The notes beneath the pieces were generated by a model. The model saw nothing but the letters and a program-made list of their open reading frames with translations. It was not told the origin of the DNA and did not search any database. The translations under genes and the position numbers were made by a program. Below, in pieces: positions 18,465 through 29,193 of a stretch of 64,000 nt of DNA. The stretch lies in the UHGV virus genome UHGV-0126725. One strand, 5' to 3'. The DNA comes from a virus. Positions within the stretch are counted from its first letter, which is position 1, and each line of letters starts with the position of its first letter.

Positions 18465-19661
18465 ATAGAAAGATCAGAATTTTTAAGCCGACAACTTGAT
18501 TTACTTTCTAATCGTTTGCATGATCCTACTATTGAATGGCAGGATATCGCTGATTTACGTTCTGAATACATAGGTGAAGAAGAACATCGTGATACGATTC
18601 GTAAAGGGGCCAAACTGTTATATGAGTATTTACAAGCTGGATGGGTTAGAAATCCAGAAGAAGGCACAGATACTATTTCTCATAATACAGAAAATAAAAT
18701 ACATGAGCTACAAAAAGAACGTTATAAACTCCAAACGGAAAAAATAGAGTTAAATCGTTGGTTGCGCGAAAATGCACGTGATGAATTAATTACAGAACAT
18801 ATTTGTCAGGCCATTGCAAAACTTGATCCGTTTATATTCCCAGAGCCAATTATTCCTGAACATGGTACTCGTGAATATTTGTGTTGCTTTGGTGATTGCC
18901 ATTATGGAATTGACTTTGAGATTAAAGACTTAGCCGGTAAAGTAATCAATGCATATAGTCCAGAAATTTTTGAAGCACGTATGTGGGATTTATTTGGACA
19001 ACTTGTAGAAATCATTAGTGAACGTGGGATTACTGAGCTTAACCTTTGGGACTTAGGTGATAACATTCAGGGTATTTTACGGTTAAATTCTCAATTAATG
19101 AAGCTTCGGTATGGAATTATAGATTCCAGTATTTTGTACGCTGATTTTATTTCTAAATGGATGAATGAGTTAAGTAAATATGTGAAAATAAAATTCCAAA
19201 TGGTAATTGATTCAAACCACAATCAATTACGGATTTGTAATGCGCCTAAGAACGCTTTCAAAGAAGAAAATATGAGTAAAGTTATATTGACGTTGATGAA
19301 ACAGCGTTTAAAAGATAATCCGAACATTGAGTTTATTGAGAATCCAACTGGTATGAACTTTGGTGAATTAGCTGGTTTTACAGTTCTTGCAATTCATGGT
19401 GAAGTAAAAAATTTATCTGATTCATTGGCAAAGTTCTCAATTGCTTATAAACAACCGCTTGATTATATTATTGGAGCACATTGTCATCATTTTACTAGCT
19501 CTGAAATTGGCCGACGCAGCGAGGCAATTCAAATTCGAAGCATTATTGGAATTGATCCATATGGATTATCCTTAAATGCAACTTCCGATGCTGGATCTTC
19601 TTTATTCGTATTCGAGGAAGATAAGGGCTTAGTGTGTGAATACAAAATTATTTTAAATTAG
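18465..19661 (+). CDS. Metallophosphoesterase (YonJ-like)
   Basis: GDCHYG, LGD, SNH, IHG, AHCH motifs; ATA start inferred from the GGGGAG RBS. Confidence 0.8.
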   Translation: MERSEFLSRQLDLLSNRLHDPTIEWQDIADLRSEYIGEEEHRDTIRKGAKLLYEYLQAGWVRNPEEGTDTISHNTENKIHELQKERYKLQTEKIELNRWLRENARDELITEHICQAIAKLDPFIFPEPIIPEHGTREYLCCFGDCHYGIDFEIKDLAGKVINAYSPEIFEARMWDLFGQLVEIISERGITELNLWDLGDNIQGILRLNSQLMKLRYGIIDSSILYADFISKWMNELSKYVKIKFQMVIDSNHNQLRICNAPKNAFKEENMSKVILTLMKQRLKDNPNIEFIENPTGMNFGELAGFTVLAIHGEVKNLSDSLAKFSIAYKQPLDYIIGAHCHHFTSSEIGRRSEAIQIRSIIGIDPYGLSLNATSDAGSSLFVFEEDKGLVCEYKIILN

Positions 19662-19714
19662 ATACAGCAGGAAATTGTTATACATAATATTATGCTGTAA
19701 AAATGAGGTAGATT

Positions 19715-19987
19715 ATGAATAGAAGTGATTTAGTTTCTGACATTTCCTTACGAACAGGATTTACAAAAAAGGATATTTCTAAAATTGTAGAAGCATATGA
19801 AAATTCTGTAATTGATGCTATTCGCAACGGGGATTCCGTTCTTCTACAAGGGTTCATGCGTATAGAACGGAAAATTAAAAAGGAGTATATTGGACATAGT
19901 TTTGGTGCAAAGGACAGAAAAATAGTTCCAGAACATGAGTATGTTAAAATTCGTCCGGGAAGTACGCTTGCGGATTGTATTAAATAA
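19715..19987 (+). CDS. HU-family DNA-binding protein
   Basis: MNRSDLV...GDSVLLQGF...KIRPGSTL. Confidence 0.85.
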   Translation: MNRSDLVSDISLRTGFTKKDISKIVEAYENSVIDAIRNGDSVLLQGFMRIERKIKKEYIGHSFGAKDRKIVPEHEYVKIRPGSTLADCIK

Positions 19988-19988
19988 A

Positions 19989-20013
19989 GGGCGGGGGTCT
20001 TATCCCCCGTCTT
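19989..20013 (+). terminator. Intrinsic terminator
   Basis: GGCGGGGG...CCCCCGTC hairpin after HU. Confidence 0.55.
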
Positions 20014-20017
20014 ATAT

Positions 20018-20089
20018 GAGAAGATAGCTCAACTAGAAGAGCATTTGGATAGAGTCTAAAAGAAAAAGGTTCAAGTCCTTTTCTTCTCA
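20018..20089 (+). tRNA. Degenerate tRNA-like element (nominal anticodon AGA)
   Basis: Acceptor GAGAAGA/TCTTCTC, D stem GCTC/GAGC, anticodon stem TTTGG/CTAAA, T arm AAAGG-TTCAAGT-CCTTT; no D-loop GG, no CCA. Confidence 0.7.
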
Positions 20090-20352
20090 ATAAAACTTTT
20101 AGAATTAAAAATTTTGATGCAGTTTTATTCGAATTGTGTCCGGATTTCTATTATAATATATATATATATATTATTTATTCGTAGAGAAATACCTCCTTCT
20201 TTCTCTTTCAAGGTTTTATATATGAGAACATTAACCATAGTCTCATTTTAATATAGAAGCTATTATATTTTTTAATCATTTTTTAGGAAATACTTGTAAA
20301 ATATGATAAAATATGACATAATAATTCTATAAGAAGGAGGGTGACATCTTTC

Positions 20353-21586
20353 ATGCCAGAATTTAATGATTTACTAAGCGATATTAGGCAAAATAATTTT
20401 ACATTTTTAATAGGTGGAGGGGCATCACTTTCTTCAAATGTAAAATCTCCGTACGACCTTGCATATGGATGGTTTGAAAAATTATTCAACTATATGATTA
20501 AAATTCAAATAGCCGAAACCGATGAAAATAATTGGGTCAAACCTATTTTGTTGAAAAAAGATACGTGGAAGCATCCAGATACTGGAAATCATATAGGAGA
20601 ACAACGGAAAGCTAGTGAATATCTGACCGAACATCAGATTGCACTTGCGTTAAGCAAAAGAAATGATGATGATTGGCTACGACTGATGAGTTTTGTAATT
20701 GATGGCATTGATAAAAGTTATTATAAAATTGCAACAATGCTTGAAGATTTGATGCCAAACAACCAAGGACGTAATATTCTCAATCAGTTAAGTGCTCACA
20801 TTTCTGATGGGGCATACCCTCATTATGGATATAAATATTTAGCGTTTTTTTTTAAGTAAAATGTCTGTTAGTATTGGTAGGCATGATGCCGTGATAACCA
20901 CTAATTTTGACAATATGTTATCCGCGGCTTTTGATGCTTTACGATACGAGTATCCAAAATTGCGTAATGCTTCAACAATTCCTATTTTGATAACCATGGG
21001 TGACGACGAAGCACAACTTAGTAGGTTTAATGCATGGACTGTCAATCCAGAACAACCATTAATTTTTCATGTGCATAATTCTCAGCATTTTAATCCGAGA
21101 AATACTGCAAGAGATATCGGACATTACCCACAAAAAACGGATGAAGCATTGTATGAATTACTTAACAATCGGTGTTTGCTTGTCATGGGCTATTCGGGTT
21201 CTGATGAGGGACTTATGACAGTAATTAAAAATTCTAATTGTCAAAGAATATATTGGTTGAGTCACTCTGGTGTTGAACCAACAAATGCACCGTTCAAAAG
21301 GTTAAAACAAAAGTTTGGTGGTAATTTGAAATTGTTAAACTGCAAAGACAAAGAAATGACTGCTGGATGTCCAAATAATTGTCCGATTGGATTCGATAGT
21401 TTTATTTATAAACTCGTTACTGAATTGTGCCCGGAATTTCATCAAAATAGATTCTCTAATACAACTGGTGACTGTTCGGAAGTAGATAGGCTGAAAATAC
21501 TCAATTCTAAAACGCCGGATCAAAAAATCATTAAAAATTCAGGACAAAAATATCCTTTAAATACATATGAAGATAAATCTTGGTAA
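20353..21586 (+). pseudogene. SIR2-like NADase gene frameshifted at a T9 tract
   Basis: FLIGGGASLSS in the first ORF; ITTNFDN, FHVH, LVMGYSGSD in the second. T8 at 20845-20853 would give one 410-aa ORF. Confidence 0.85.
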
Positions 21587-21606
21587 AATAAATAATGTAA
21601 GGGAAG

Positions 21607-22674
21607 ATGTTAATTATGTCTAGACAAAGTTCAAAAGCAACAGAAAAAAACACTATGGTATTATCGGTAGGACATGCCCACAAATTAGCGGAAATCGCAT
21701 CTGCAACGCAAAATTATGTAGATTTACAGTCCATTGCCGAAGCGGTACTTACTGGTGCTAATATTTTTGGAAGTGCTGCGGAGTATCACAATTTAGCAGC
21801 GGAATATGCACGTATTGATGATTATTATAATGCTTACAAAATCGTAGAAAAAGGAATTACTCAGCAATATAAATATGATATTGATTTGCTTGCTGATGCA
21901 ATTCACTATGGCTCATACTGTAATAAATATTCTGAATGTGAGCATTACAAAAGCGAATTGAAAGCAAGACCGCGAGGAGCATGGAATTGGCGATCCTTCA
22001 CATTTCTTATAGAATATTTAAATGAAAAAGCAGAAACTGCTGAAGTCGAAGATATTATGCCTATACTTGATGAAGCTCTCGAAATATCCCAAGAATATCA
22101 ACGAGTATTAAAGACAGAAGAAAAGGCATATATTGCAGAGTGTGAAGTGCGACTGTTACGCGAAAGATATATTCGAGAATCTCAAAATGTGAATTCGTCT
22201 GATTTGGCCGATGATGAACATAGACTTGCTAAAGAAGCATTGGAAAAAGCCATATTTGGTTTTGATGATAGCAAATTAGATAAATCCATAGTTGCTGTAC
22301 AGTGTGCATTAAAATATTCTGATATGCTATTCGAAGAACGTAAATATCAAGAAGTAATTAATGTTTGCGCACAAGCCCTTGAGTACGTTGAAACGCAACC
22401 GTCAGCACGTGTAGCTTATTTTAAATATATTTCTGCATTATCAAAAGATGCTCTTGTACGTCAAGATAATGCATTTGCTGATCATAAGCGTGTTGAAGAT
22501 ATCCTTAATGAGTTTTCGGTTGCCTATCAAGTTATCAATGAACCAACATATGAGAAAAACATAAAAACACGTGCAACGTTTTTGGCGGCAGAAGCGGGTA
22601 TTCCACTGCCAACAGTGTTTAAAGGAAGCTCCCCGTCCTTAGATGGATTTCTCTCTAAACTCATAGAAAGTTAA
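21607..22674 (+). CDS. TPR-like helical protein
   Basis: YHNLAAEYARIDDYYNAYKIVEKGI and similar helical repeats; 20 nt after SIR2. Confidence 0.7.
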   Translation: MLIMSRQSSKATEKNTMVLSVGHAHKLAEIASATQNYVDLQSIAEAVLTGANIFGSAAEYHNLAAEYARIDDYYNAYKIVEKGITQQYKYDIDLLADAIHYGSYCNKYSECEHYKSELKARPRGAWNWRSFTFLIEYLNEKAETAEVEDIMPILDEALEISQEYQRVLKTEEKAYIAECEVRLLRERYIRESQNVNSSDLADDEHRLAKEALEKAIFGFDDSKLDKSIVAVQCALKYSDMLFEERKYQEVINVCAQALEYVETQPSARVAYFKYISALSKDALVRQDNAFADHKRVEDILNEFSVAYQVINEPTYEKNIKTRATFLAAEAGIPLPTVFKGSSPSLDGFLSKLIES

Positions 22675-22736
22675 AATTACATGCTGATGGATAACTATTT
22701 AGCCGTTTTGAATTAGCGTAAAATCATGGTATTAAA

Positions 22737-22792
22737 ATATAACTCCCAAGCTTTGTTACTGAAACATGTAACAATTTGCTTGGGAGTTATAT
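22737..22792. repeat. Long inverted repeat ending the moron
   Basis: ATATAACTCCCAAGC...GCTTGGGAGTTATAT with inner TTGTTAC/GTAACAA. Confidence 0.7.
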
Positions 22793-22852
22793 ATATTACG
22801 GGGTTAGCCCCTATAATTAATGTCTGATCCAATAAATTAGAGAGGTGGCAGT

Positions 22853-23896
22853 ATGGCAAGAAAATCAGGCAGGTCAACTGCCAAGCAAATTCCTAAAAAG
22901 CAATGTTCAACGTGTCAAAAAGAGAAACGATTGGCCGAGTTTTATATGAGTTATAATCCTCTGCATAGCGATCATAGAATGCCAATTTGTAAAGAATGTA
23001 TTAGAAGTGCTTGTTATAATGAAGACGGAGATTTTGACATTGATAATTTGTATTCTATTTTAAGACAATTAGATAGACCGTTTTTATGTGATCTTTGGGA
23101 TAGTACAGTAAATGAAGTCCGTAAGAATAGTGGTGTGCAAGAAGTATCTTATGATTCAATTATTGGAAAATATATTAAAAATATTTCCATGCAACAACAT
23201 AGGGCGAAAACTTGGGATGACAGTGTTTTTCAAACACAAAAAAGCATATCGGAAAGCACTCGAAGAAAAAACAATTCTTACAGTGAAAAGGTTTTTTATC
23301 TGAATGATGAAGAATTCAATGTAAGCGAAGATATGATACGTTTGTTCGGTGAGGGATATACTTCAAAAGAGTATCAAATAATGCAACGTATCTATGATGA
23401 TACAAAACAGGATTATCCTAATATTTCTAATAATCAAAAGAATTTACTTTTGCGCTATGTAAGATATGCAGCCAAAGAAGAAATTGCAACTAGTACAGGT
23501 ATAATTGCTGATGCTGAAAAATGGGCGAAACTAGCCTCTGACGCATTAAAACAATTAAATTCTATTGATACACAAGGTGGTGTTACTTGTTTCTCTGAAT
23601 TTTTTCAGAAGTTTGAAAGAACAAAAGATATTACAAGAATACTACCGAAATTTAAATATCGTCCAAATGATGCGCCAGATTTTATCATTCTGTGTTATAT
23701 CAATTATTGTCGCAGACTTGAGGGCAAACCAGAAGTAGACTATGCGGATGTTTACAAATTTTATGATGAAAAGGTAGCCGAGTATATTAAACAATATGGA
23801 GATCCATATGGAATTTTTACTGATGATCCTACACTGAAGAATCGTGAAAAAATCGAAGAATTTATTGAATTACCGGATGATTATTATGGTGAATAG
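22853..23896 (+). CDS. Putative terminase small subunit (Zn finger)
   Basis: CSTC...CKEC; directly precedes the large subunit. Confidence 0.6.
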   Translation: MARKSGRSTAKQIPKKQCSTCQKEKRLAEFYMSYNPLHSDHRMPICKECIRSACYNEDGDFDIDNLYSILRQLDRPFLCDLWDSTVNEVRKNSGVQEVSYDSIIGKYIKNISMQQHRAKTWDDSVFQTQKSISESTRRKNNSYSEKVFYLNDEEFNVSEDMIRLFGEGYTSKEYQIMQRIYDDTKQDYPNISNNQKNLLLRYVRYAAKEEIATSTGIIADAEKWAKLASDALKQLNSIDTQGGVTCFSEFFQKFERTKDITRILPKFKYRPNDAPDFIILCYINYCRRLEGKPEVDYADVYKFYDEKVAEYIKQYGDPYGIFTDDPTLKNREKIEEFIELPDDYYGE

Positions 23897-23898
23897 AT

Positions 23899-25542
23899 AT
23901 GACGAAAGAATATATTAAGAAATGTGATGAATTTGCAAGTTGGTGGATTTGGTATCCCGATCTGGCCCTTGATTTAATGGCTCCAGAAGAAGGTGGTATA
24001 AAATTACATCTTGATCAAAGAATTTTTATGAGAGCTGGAGCAAGATTTTTCAGTGAACATGGATGTTTCAACCGTGGATATGGTAAAACTTTTTTGGAAT
24101 TTGCTAATATGGTTATCGTTGCAATTCGGTATCCTAATATCGAATTATCGTTAACCGCTCAGACAAAAGAAAATGCTGCGGCATTGCTAAAGGATAAATA
24201 TAATGAGTTGGTTCGTTATTATCCAATGTTAGCAAATGAAATTGTAAAGACGAGTTTTATTAAAGGTGATGCATTAATTGTTTTTAAAAACGGCGCAAGG
24301 ATAGATGCACTTGCTAATGCACAGTCCAGTAAAGGGCAACGTAGAAAACGTATCAGCATAGAAGAATCAAACTTGATGGACAATGTTGTATTTGAAGATG
24401 CCCTTGAACCTGTTGTTGAAGTTGGACGAACTACTTGTGGCAGATTGGCTATTGTGAACCCAGAAGAAATGAATCAGCAAATCAATTTTTATACAACCCC
24501 GGGATTTCGTGGTTCAGATGAATACAATAGAAATCTTGCTATGTTCAAAGATATGAGAGATTTAAATGGTAAGATTGTTTTAGGGTCTAATTGGATGCTT
24601 GGTTGTTGGTATGGACGTGGTTCAAGTAAAAGTACAATTCTTAAAAAGAAAAAAGATATGTCCCCTATTGCGTTTGATATGAACTATGGAGGAAATTGGG
24701 TAGGTAGCTCTGTTGGTGCATTGGTTAACATTAACCGTTTTATGAATTGTCGTACTCTTACAGAGCCAATTTTAAGTTCGTCGAATTCAAATGATGAATA
24801 TTATTTGGCAATGGACGTAGCACGTTCACAAAATAAAAATAATAACCAATCATCTATTGCGATCGGTAAAGTAATAAGAAGTTCAGATGAAAAAATTGAA
24901 GAAATTCAATTGGTGAATATTATTCATGTTTCAAATATGTTAAACTTCGGTACACAGGCCTGTATTGTAAAGAGAATTCGTAAGCGATATAATGCCAGAG
25001 TTGTTGTTGTAGATGGGAACGGATTAGGAACTGGATTGGTGGATAAATTAATGGAAGAAACGTATGATCCAGTGACAGGTGAAACATATCTGGCATGGGA
25101 TACGATCAATACTGATGCTGTTCCAGAAACTCAAAAAGCTGAAAAATGTCTTTATGATTTAAAAGCAACTTCATGTCAAACAATAATTATTACAAATTTT
25201 ATTGATATGGTTGATTCTGGAAAGTTACGTTTTTTGGAAAGTAAGAATGGTGGCGATTATGTCATTCGAGATGACAATGATTTAAATTCTAAAGTTATGC
25301 CTTTTGTTCAAGAGGAACTCTTTTTTCAAGAGGTTGGCAATTTGAAGTTGGTTCAGAATGGTAAAAATTTATCTGTCGAAAAAGTCGTTAGCAAATTTGA
25401 TAAAGACCGCTTTTCTGCTGTGGCCTATCTTCTGTATTATATTGTTAAAGTTGAAGACACAGGAGGGAAAAAGAGTGATGTAGATATCAAATCATTTGCA
25501 AAACGGCTTCAGGCATTAAATCGTAGGCCAAAAATGTATTAA
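23899..25542 (+). CDS. terL: Terminase large subunit
   Basis: RGYGKT Walker A, IEE Walker B, MDVAR, VDGNGLG, KDRFSA. Confidence 0.92.
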   Translation: MTKEYIKKCDEFASWWIWYPDLALDLMAPEEGGIKLHLDQRIFMRAGARFFSEHGCFNRGYGKTFLEFANMVIVAIRYPNIELSLTAQTKENAAALLKDKYNELVRYYPMLANEIVKTSFIKGDALIVFKNGARIDALANAQSSKGQRRKRISIEESNLMDNVVFEDALEPVVEVGRTTCGRLAIVNPEEMNQQINFYTTPGFRGSDEYNRNLAMFKDMRDLNGKIVLGSNWMLGCWYGRGSSKSTILKKKKDMSPIAFDMNYGGNWVGSSVGALVNINRFMNCRTLTEPILSSSNSNDEYYLAMDVARSQNKNNNQSSIAIGKVIRSSDEKIEEIQLVNIIHVSNMLNFGTQACIVKRIRKRYNARVVVVDGNGLGTGLVDKLMEETYDPVTGETYLAWDTINTDAVPETQKAEKCLYDLKATSCQTIIITNFIDMVDSGKLRFLESKNGGDYVIRDDNDLNSKVMPFVQEELFFQEVGNLKLVQNGKNLSVEKVVSKFDKDRFSAVAYLLYYIVKVEDTGGKKSDVDIKSFAKRLQALNRRPKMY

Positions 25543-25558
25543 GGAAGGCGGTGACAAC

Positions 25559-27091
25559 ATGCCAAAGAAAGTGATTTATTCAAAACTAGATTATGATAGA
25601 GATGTACAAAACTTTGAAAATGCTGAGAATGGCAAAAGCCGCCTTGATCTTAGTTCATTCAAAAGGCTGATGGTTCATGATTTGTGTGCAAACACAGATG
25701 TATTGCGTTCTTATAAAATCGGTGGCTATCCGTTAGAGCGTGTACAGGATGCTTTAAATAATCCAATTAGTCATAGCAGCATGATTATTGATGTGAGTCG
25801 ATATTTAATGAATGTATCTCAGTTTTATATGCGTTTGAATAATTATTTTTCAAAAATGGGGTTATTTAATTATAATATTGACGTATATGATGTTAAAGTT
25901 GACGAATTAAACACACAAGAAAAACAAGTTAGATTTCGTGATTCTTATTATGCTGTATGTAGCGAATTTGAAAAAATTGGGTTCAAACATGAAATGCAAA
26001 AAATAATGTCAGTTTTGGCTGTAGAAGATGTTTATTATGGATTGATTTTTGAAGACAGCTCGGATTTTTTTATTTTAAAAATGAATCCATCTATTTGCAG
26101 AATTAAACAGGTACAGGATGGCGTTTATAATTTCAAAATTCGTTTGAGTGGGATCAATCCCCTTGAAATTGGTACATATCCAGATTATGTAAAGCAAGCA
26201 TATCTTGATTATCGTTCTAACACTGGATATTTTGATGGGTGGTACATCCCCCCTGCTGATCGACAAGTATGCTTTAAATTAAATGAATCATGTTTATACC
26301 CTATGCCTTTACTTTTAGCTTTAGTAAAAGACGTTTTGGATTTAGATACATATAAAAAACTAAAATTACAGAAAGCAAGAGTTGATAATTATAAAGCGAT
26401 TGTAATTGAAATTCCTATTGATGAAGATGCAGTAGATAAACCTTTATTGACAGACGAAACATTGACAGTTTTTGCAGAAATGAATAAAGCCAACATGCCA
26501 GATGATATAGGTTTGATTCATTCGCCCGGAAAAGCCACTGCTGTTAGTTTTAAGGATAACACCAATAATGCAAATAATTTAAGCGATGCAATTACAAATA
26601 TATATGATAATGCTGGTGTTTCCAGTGAGTTATTTAATAGCGGATCGTCCGGCACAGCTTTTAAGCTGTCCATTGAGAACGATGCCGCTTTTATCTATGC
26701 CTTTTATCGTCAATGTGAGAGATATTTTACGCGCTTTATAAAATTGCGAAAATACAACAAAACAGCATATAAATTTGCATTACGTATTCAAGATTCTACA
26801 GTTTTTAATCGTTATGATGTTGCTGACGCAATATTAAAAGCAGCACAAAATGGTTTGGGTTTTAAGATAGATTATGGTGTCGCTTTAGGAAAAACACCAA
26901 GCAGACAACTTGGAGCTTTGTTCTTAGAAAACCATATTTTAAGATTACAAGATGAATTGATTCCATTGGCTACTTCCTATACATCAACTGGGGAAGAAAT
27001 TATGGGTCGCCCTACAAACGAAAGTCAAGGGCTTGATTTAGAAGAAAGTGGAGAAATTACAAAAGATTCTGAATCAAATTTAAATCGTTAA
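25559..27091 (+). CDS. Portal protein
   Basis: 510 aa after the terminase; C-terminal GRP motif. Confidence 0.8.
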   Translation: MPKKVIYSKLDYDRDVQNFENAENGKSRLDLSSFKRLMVHDLCANTDVLRSYKIGGYPLERVQDALNNPISHSSMIIDVSRYLMNVSQFYMRLNNYFSKMGLFNYNIDVYDVKVDELNTQEKQVRFRDSYYAVCSEFEKIGFKHEMQKIMSVLAVEDVYYGLIFEDSSDFFILKMNPSICRIKQVQDGVYNFKIRLSGINPLEIGTYPDYVKQAYLDYRSNTGYFDGWYIPPADRQVCFKLNESCLYPMPLLLALVKDVLDLDTYKKLKLQKARVDNYKAIVIEIPIDEDAVDKPLLTDETLTVFAEMNKANMPDDIGLIHSPGKATAVSFKDNTNNANNLSDAITNIYDNAGVSSELFNSGSSGTAFKLSIENDAAFIYAFYRQCERYFTRFIKLRKYNKTAYKFALRIQDSTVFNRYDVADAILKAAQNGLGFKIDYGVALGKTPSRQLGALFLENHILRLQDELIPLATSYTSTGEEIMGRPTNESQGLDLEESGEITKDSESNLNR

Positions 27092-27130
27092 TATCACCTT
27101 TTTGGTGTTATTAAATTTATAAGAAAGGCG

Positions 27131-28570
27131 GTGATGAGGAAAGTGAATCACAAGCGAAGAATGTTACCGGTTTCGTTTACAATCAATGATTATGTAGAAT
27201 CAGAAGATTCCCGATTTCTTGTAATTACAATTGATGTTTTACATACGGGATTGAATTTTAACGGTAGTATTTTTGATAAAGAAGTTGTTGATGCTAATGC
27301 CGATAGTATCATGAATACACCAGTTTTAGGGTATATTGCTCCGAATCCAGACGGAGACTTAGATTTTCAAGGTCATCAATACAAAACTGTTAAAGACGAA
27401 AATGGTAAGGATTATGTGTATGCTGGTTCTGCTTATGGCGTTATCCCAGAATCATGTAATTATCGCTGGATTGAAAAAGTTTGTTCCGATGGAATTTGCC
27501 GTGAATTCTTTCAAGTTGACGCTTTGTTATGGACTAAATTTGATGATGCAACAACAATTTTTAAACGAGATGGATGTAAGCCTCAGAGCATGGAATTAGA
27601 ACTTTCTTCAATCACTGGCGTAGAAAACGATGATGGCACATTTACTTTTACTGGTTTTAAGTTTGATGGATGTTGTTTATTATCGTCAACAGATGAGCGT
27701 ATCCAACCAGCCATGATTGATAGTATGGCAGTATCTAAATTTACTGCACAATCTATTGCACAAGAAATTAAAACTAAATTGCAAGAGTACGCTGCTTTTG
27801 TTGAACACTCAAGTGAAAATCAAAATAAGAAGGAGGGCGAAAGGATGCCTAAGATTCCTGAAACTAATTTTACCTTGAATCTGATGGAGCAGTTGGATGA
27901 GATTCGTGCCTTGCTTGACGATAAAAAATATCGTGATAGTTGGGGGTATGAATGTTCTCAATATTATTTGATTGACGTTCAGGACAATGAAATTATTGTT
28001 ATAGATCGTGCTGACCATTATCGGATTTATGGTATGAAATTCACCGTAATTAACGATAAAATCAATATTGATTTCAGTTCCGCTGTTCGCAAGAAAACAA
28101 AATATGAAAATTTTGAAGATGATGCAAGTGATTCTGAACCGGATTTGGTTGAACAGGTTGTATCTGATATAGCTACATATATGAATGAGCGGATTAATAC
28201 TGCTGAAACAAATTATACAACTATTAAGCAAGATTATGACGCAATAAAACCGAAGTATGATGCTTATGTTGTTGCGGAACAAAAACGTGAAAAAGAAGCT
28301 ATCGAAGCAGCAAAGGACGCAGAATTTAAAAAGTTCGATCAACACCTGTCCGATGTTGCTGATTATACGAAATTGAAGAATGATCGAGATAGCCATACTT
28401 TGGAAGATATTCAAAGTCAGTGCGCAATTTTGTTTACACAGAAAAATTTAAATAATAATTTTAGTCGTAAGAATAAAGAATCTGTGCCTTTAACCGCAGA
28501 TGTGTTTGAACAAAATCCGCAGCACGAAATCAATGCTCGTTATGGTGTCTTGCCAACGAAGAAAAATTAA
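27131..28570 (+). CDS. Prohead protease/scaffold
   Basis: HTGLNFNGS, QSME; coiled-coil C-terminus. Confidence 0.75.
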   Translation: MMRKVNHKRRMLPVSFTINDYVESEDSRFLVITIDVLHTGLNFNGSIFDKEVVDANADSIMNTPVLGYIAPNPDGDLDFQGHQYKTVKDENGKDYVYAGSAYGVIPESCNYRWIEKVCSDGICREFFQVDALLWTKFDDATTIFKRDGCKPQSMELELSSITGVENDDGTFTFTGFKFDGCCLLSSTDERIQPAMIDSMAVSKFTAQSIAQEIKTKLQEYAAFVEHSSENQNKKEGERMPKIPETNFTLNLMEQLDEIRALLDDKKYRDSWGYECSQYYLIDVQDNEIIVIDRADHYRIYGMKFTVINDKINIDFSSAVRKKTKYENFEDDASDSEPDLVEQVVSDIATYMNERINTAETNYTTIKQDYDAIKPKYDAYVVAEQKREKEAIEAAKDAEFKKFDQHLSDVADYTKLKNDRDSHTLEDIQSQCAILFTQKNLNNNFSRKNKESVPLTADVFEQNPQHEINARYGVLPTKKN

Positions 28571-28592
28571 TTTGAAAGTGAGGTATTAGAAT

Positions 28593-29171
28593 ATGGATAA
28601 GAATTATACCATCGTTGAGACTTCTAAACTCGCTGCCGTTCGTGGTGGCGGTCATATGTATAGTCTGATTTCTGATTCCGATGTAGAAAATGGACATATT
28701 GGTTTTGTAGGAGATTTGGCTACAGATGTTGAAGGACTGGAAACACACGAGTTTTTAACCCCATCTGCTGCCTTGATTGGTAAGGATCGCCCTGTACTGA
28801 TTGCTAATCCTGAGTGGAGTTATGATGAATCTTCTCGTAGTAACCATGCTATGCGTAATTTTATTAATGAGGCTGATCGTCCTTTCCGTGCTTACGATTT
28901 GACTGCTCGCGATATATATGGAGTTACAAAGGAAGGCATTAACTATGGCGAAGGAGACGCTCCTGAAGTTGGAAAATATGTAATTCTTGAAGATGGAAAA
29001 ACCACTTTGAAAATGGTTGAGCAAACGGCTACTTCCGGTCAGGGATTTGTTGGTAAGATTATTGGCACCGCAAAGCGTGGTCTTGGTTGGACAACTGAAG
29101 GAGACAAACAGTATGGTCATCCTTATATTATTTACTTTATCGAGATTCTGCGTAACGATATTGTGGACTAA
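28593..29171 (+). CDS. Probable capsid decoration protein
   Basis: Position before the major capsid gene; VENG motif. Confidence 0.6.
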   Translation: MDKNYTIVETSKLAAVRGGGHMYSLISDSDVENGHIGFVGDLATDVEGLETHEFLTPSAALIGKDRPVLIANPEWSYDESSRSNHAMRNFINEADRPFRAYDLTARDIYGVTKEGINYGEGDAPEVGKYVILEDGKTTLKMVEQTATSGQGFVGKIIGTAKRGLGWTTEGDKQYGHPYIIYFIEILRNDIVD

Positions 29172-29193
29172 TTAAGAAAGTGAGGTATTAAAT

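Noticed and set aside
20155..20172. (TA)n tract
   Set aside because: Short, in AT-rich intergenic DNA, not in an identifiable promoter spacer.
21607..22674. Arbitrium receptor AimR
   Set aside because: No N-terminal HTH and no downstream signal-peptide ORF; it is coupled to SIR2 instead.
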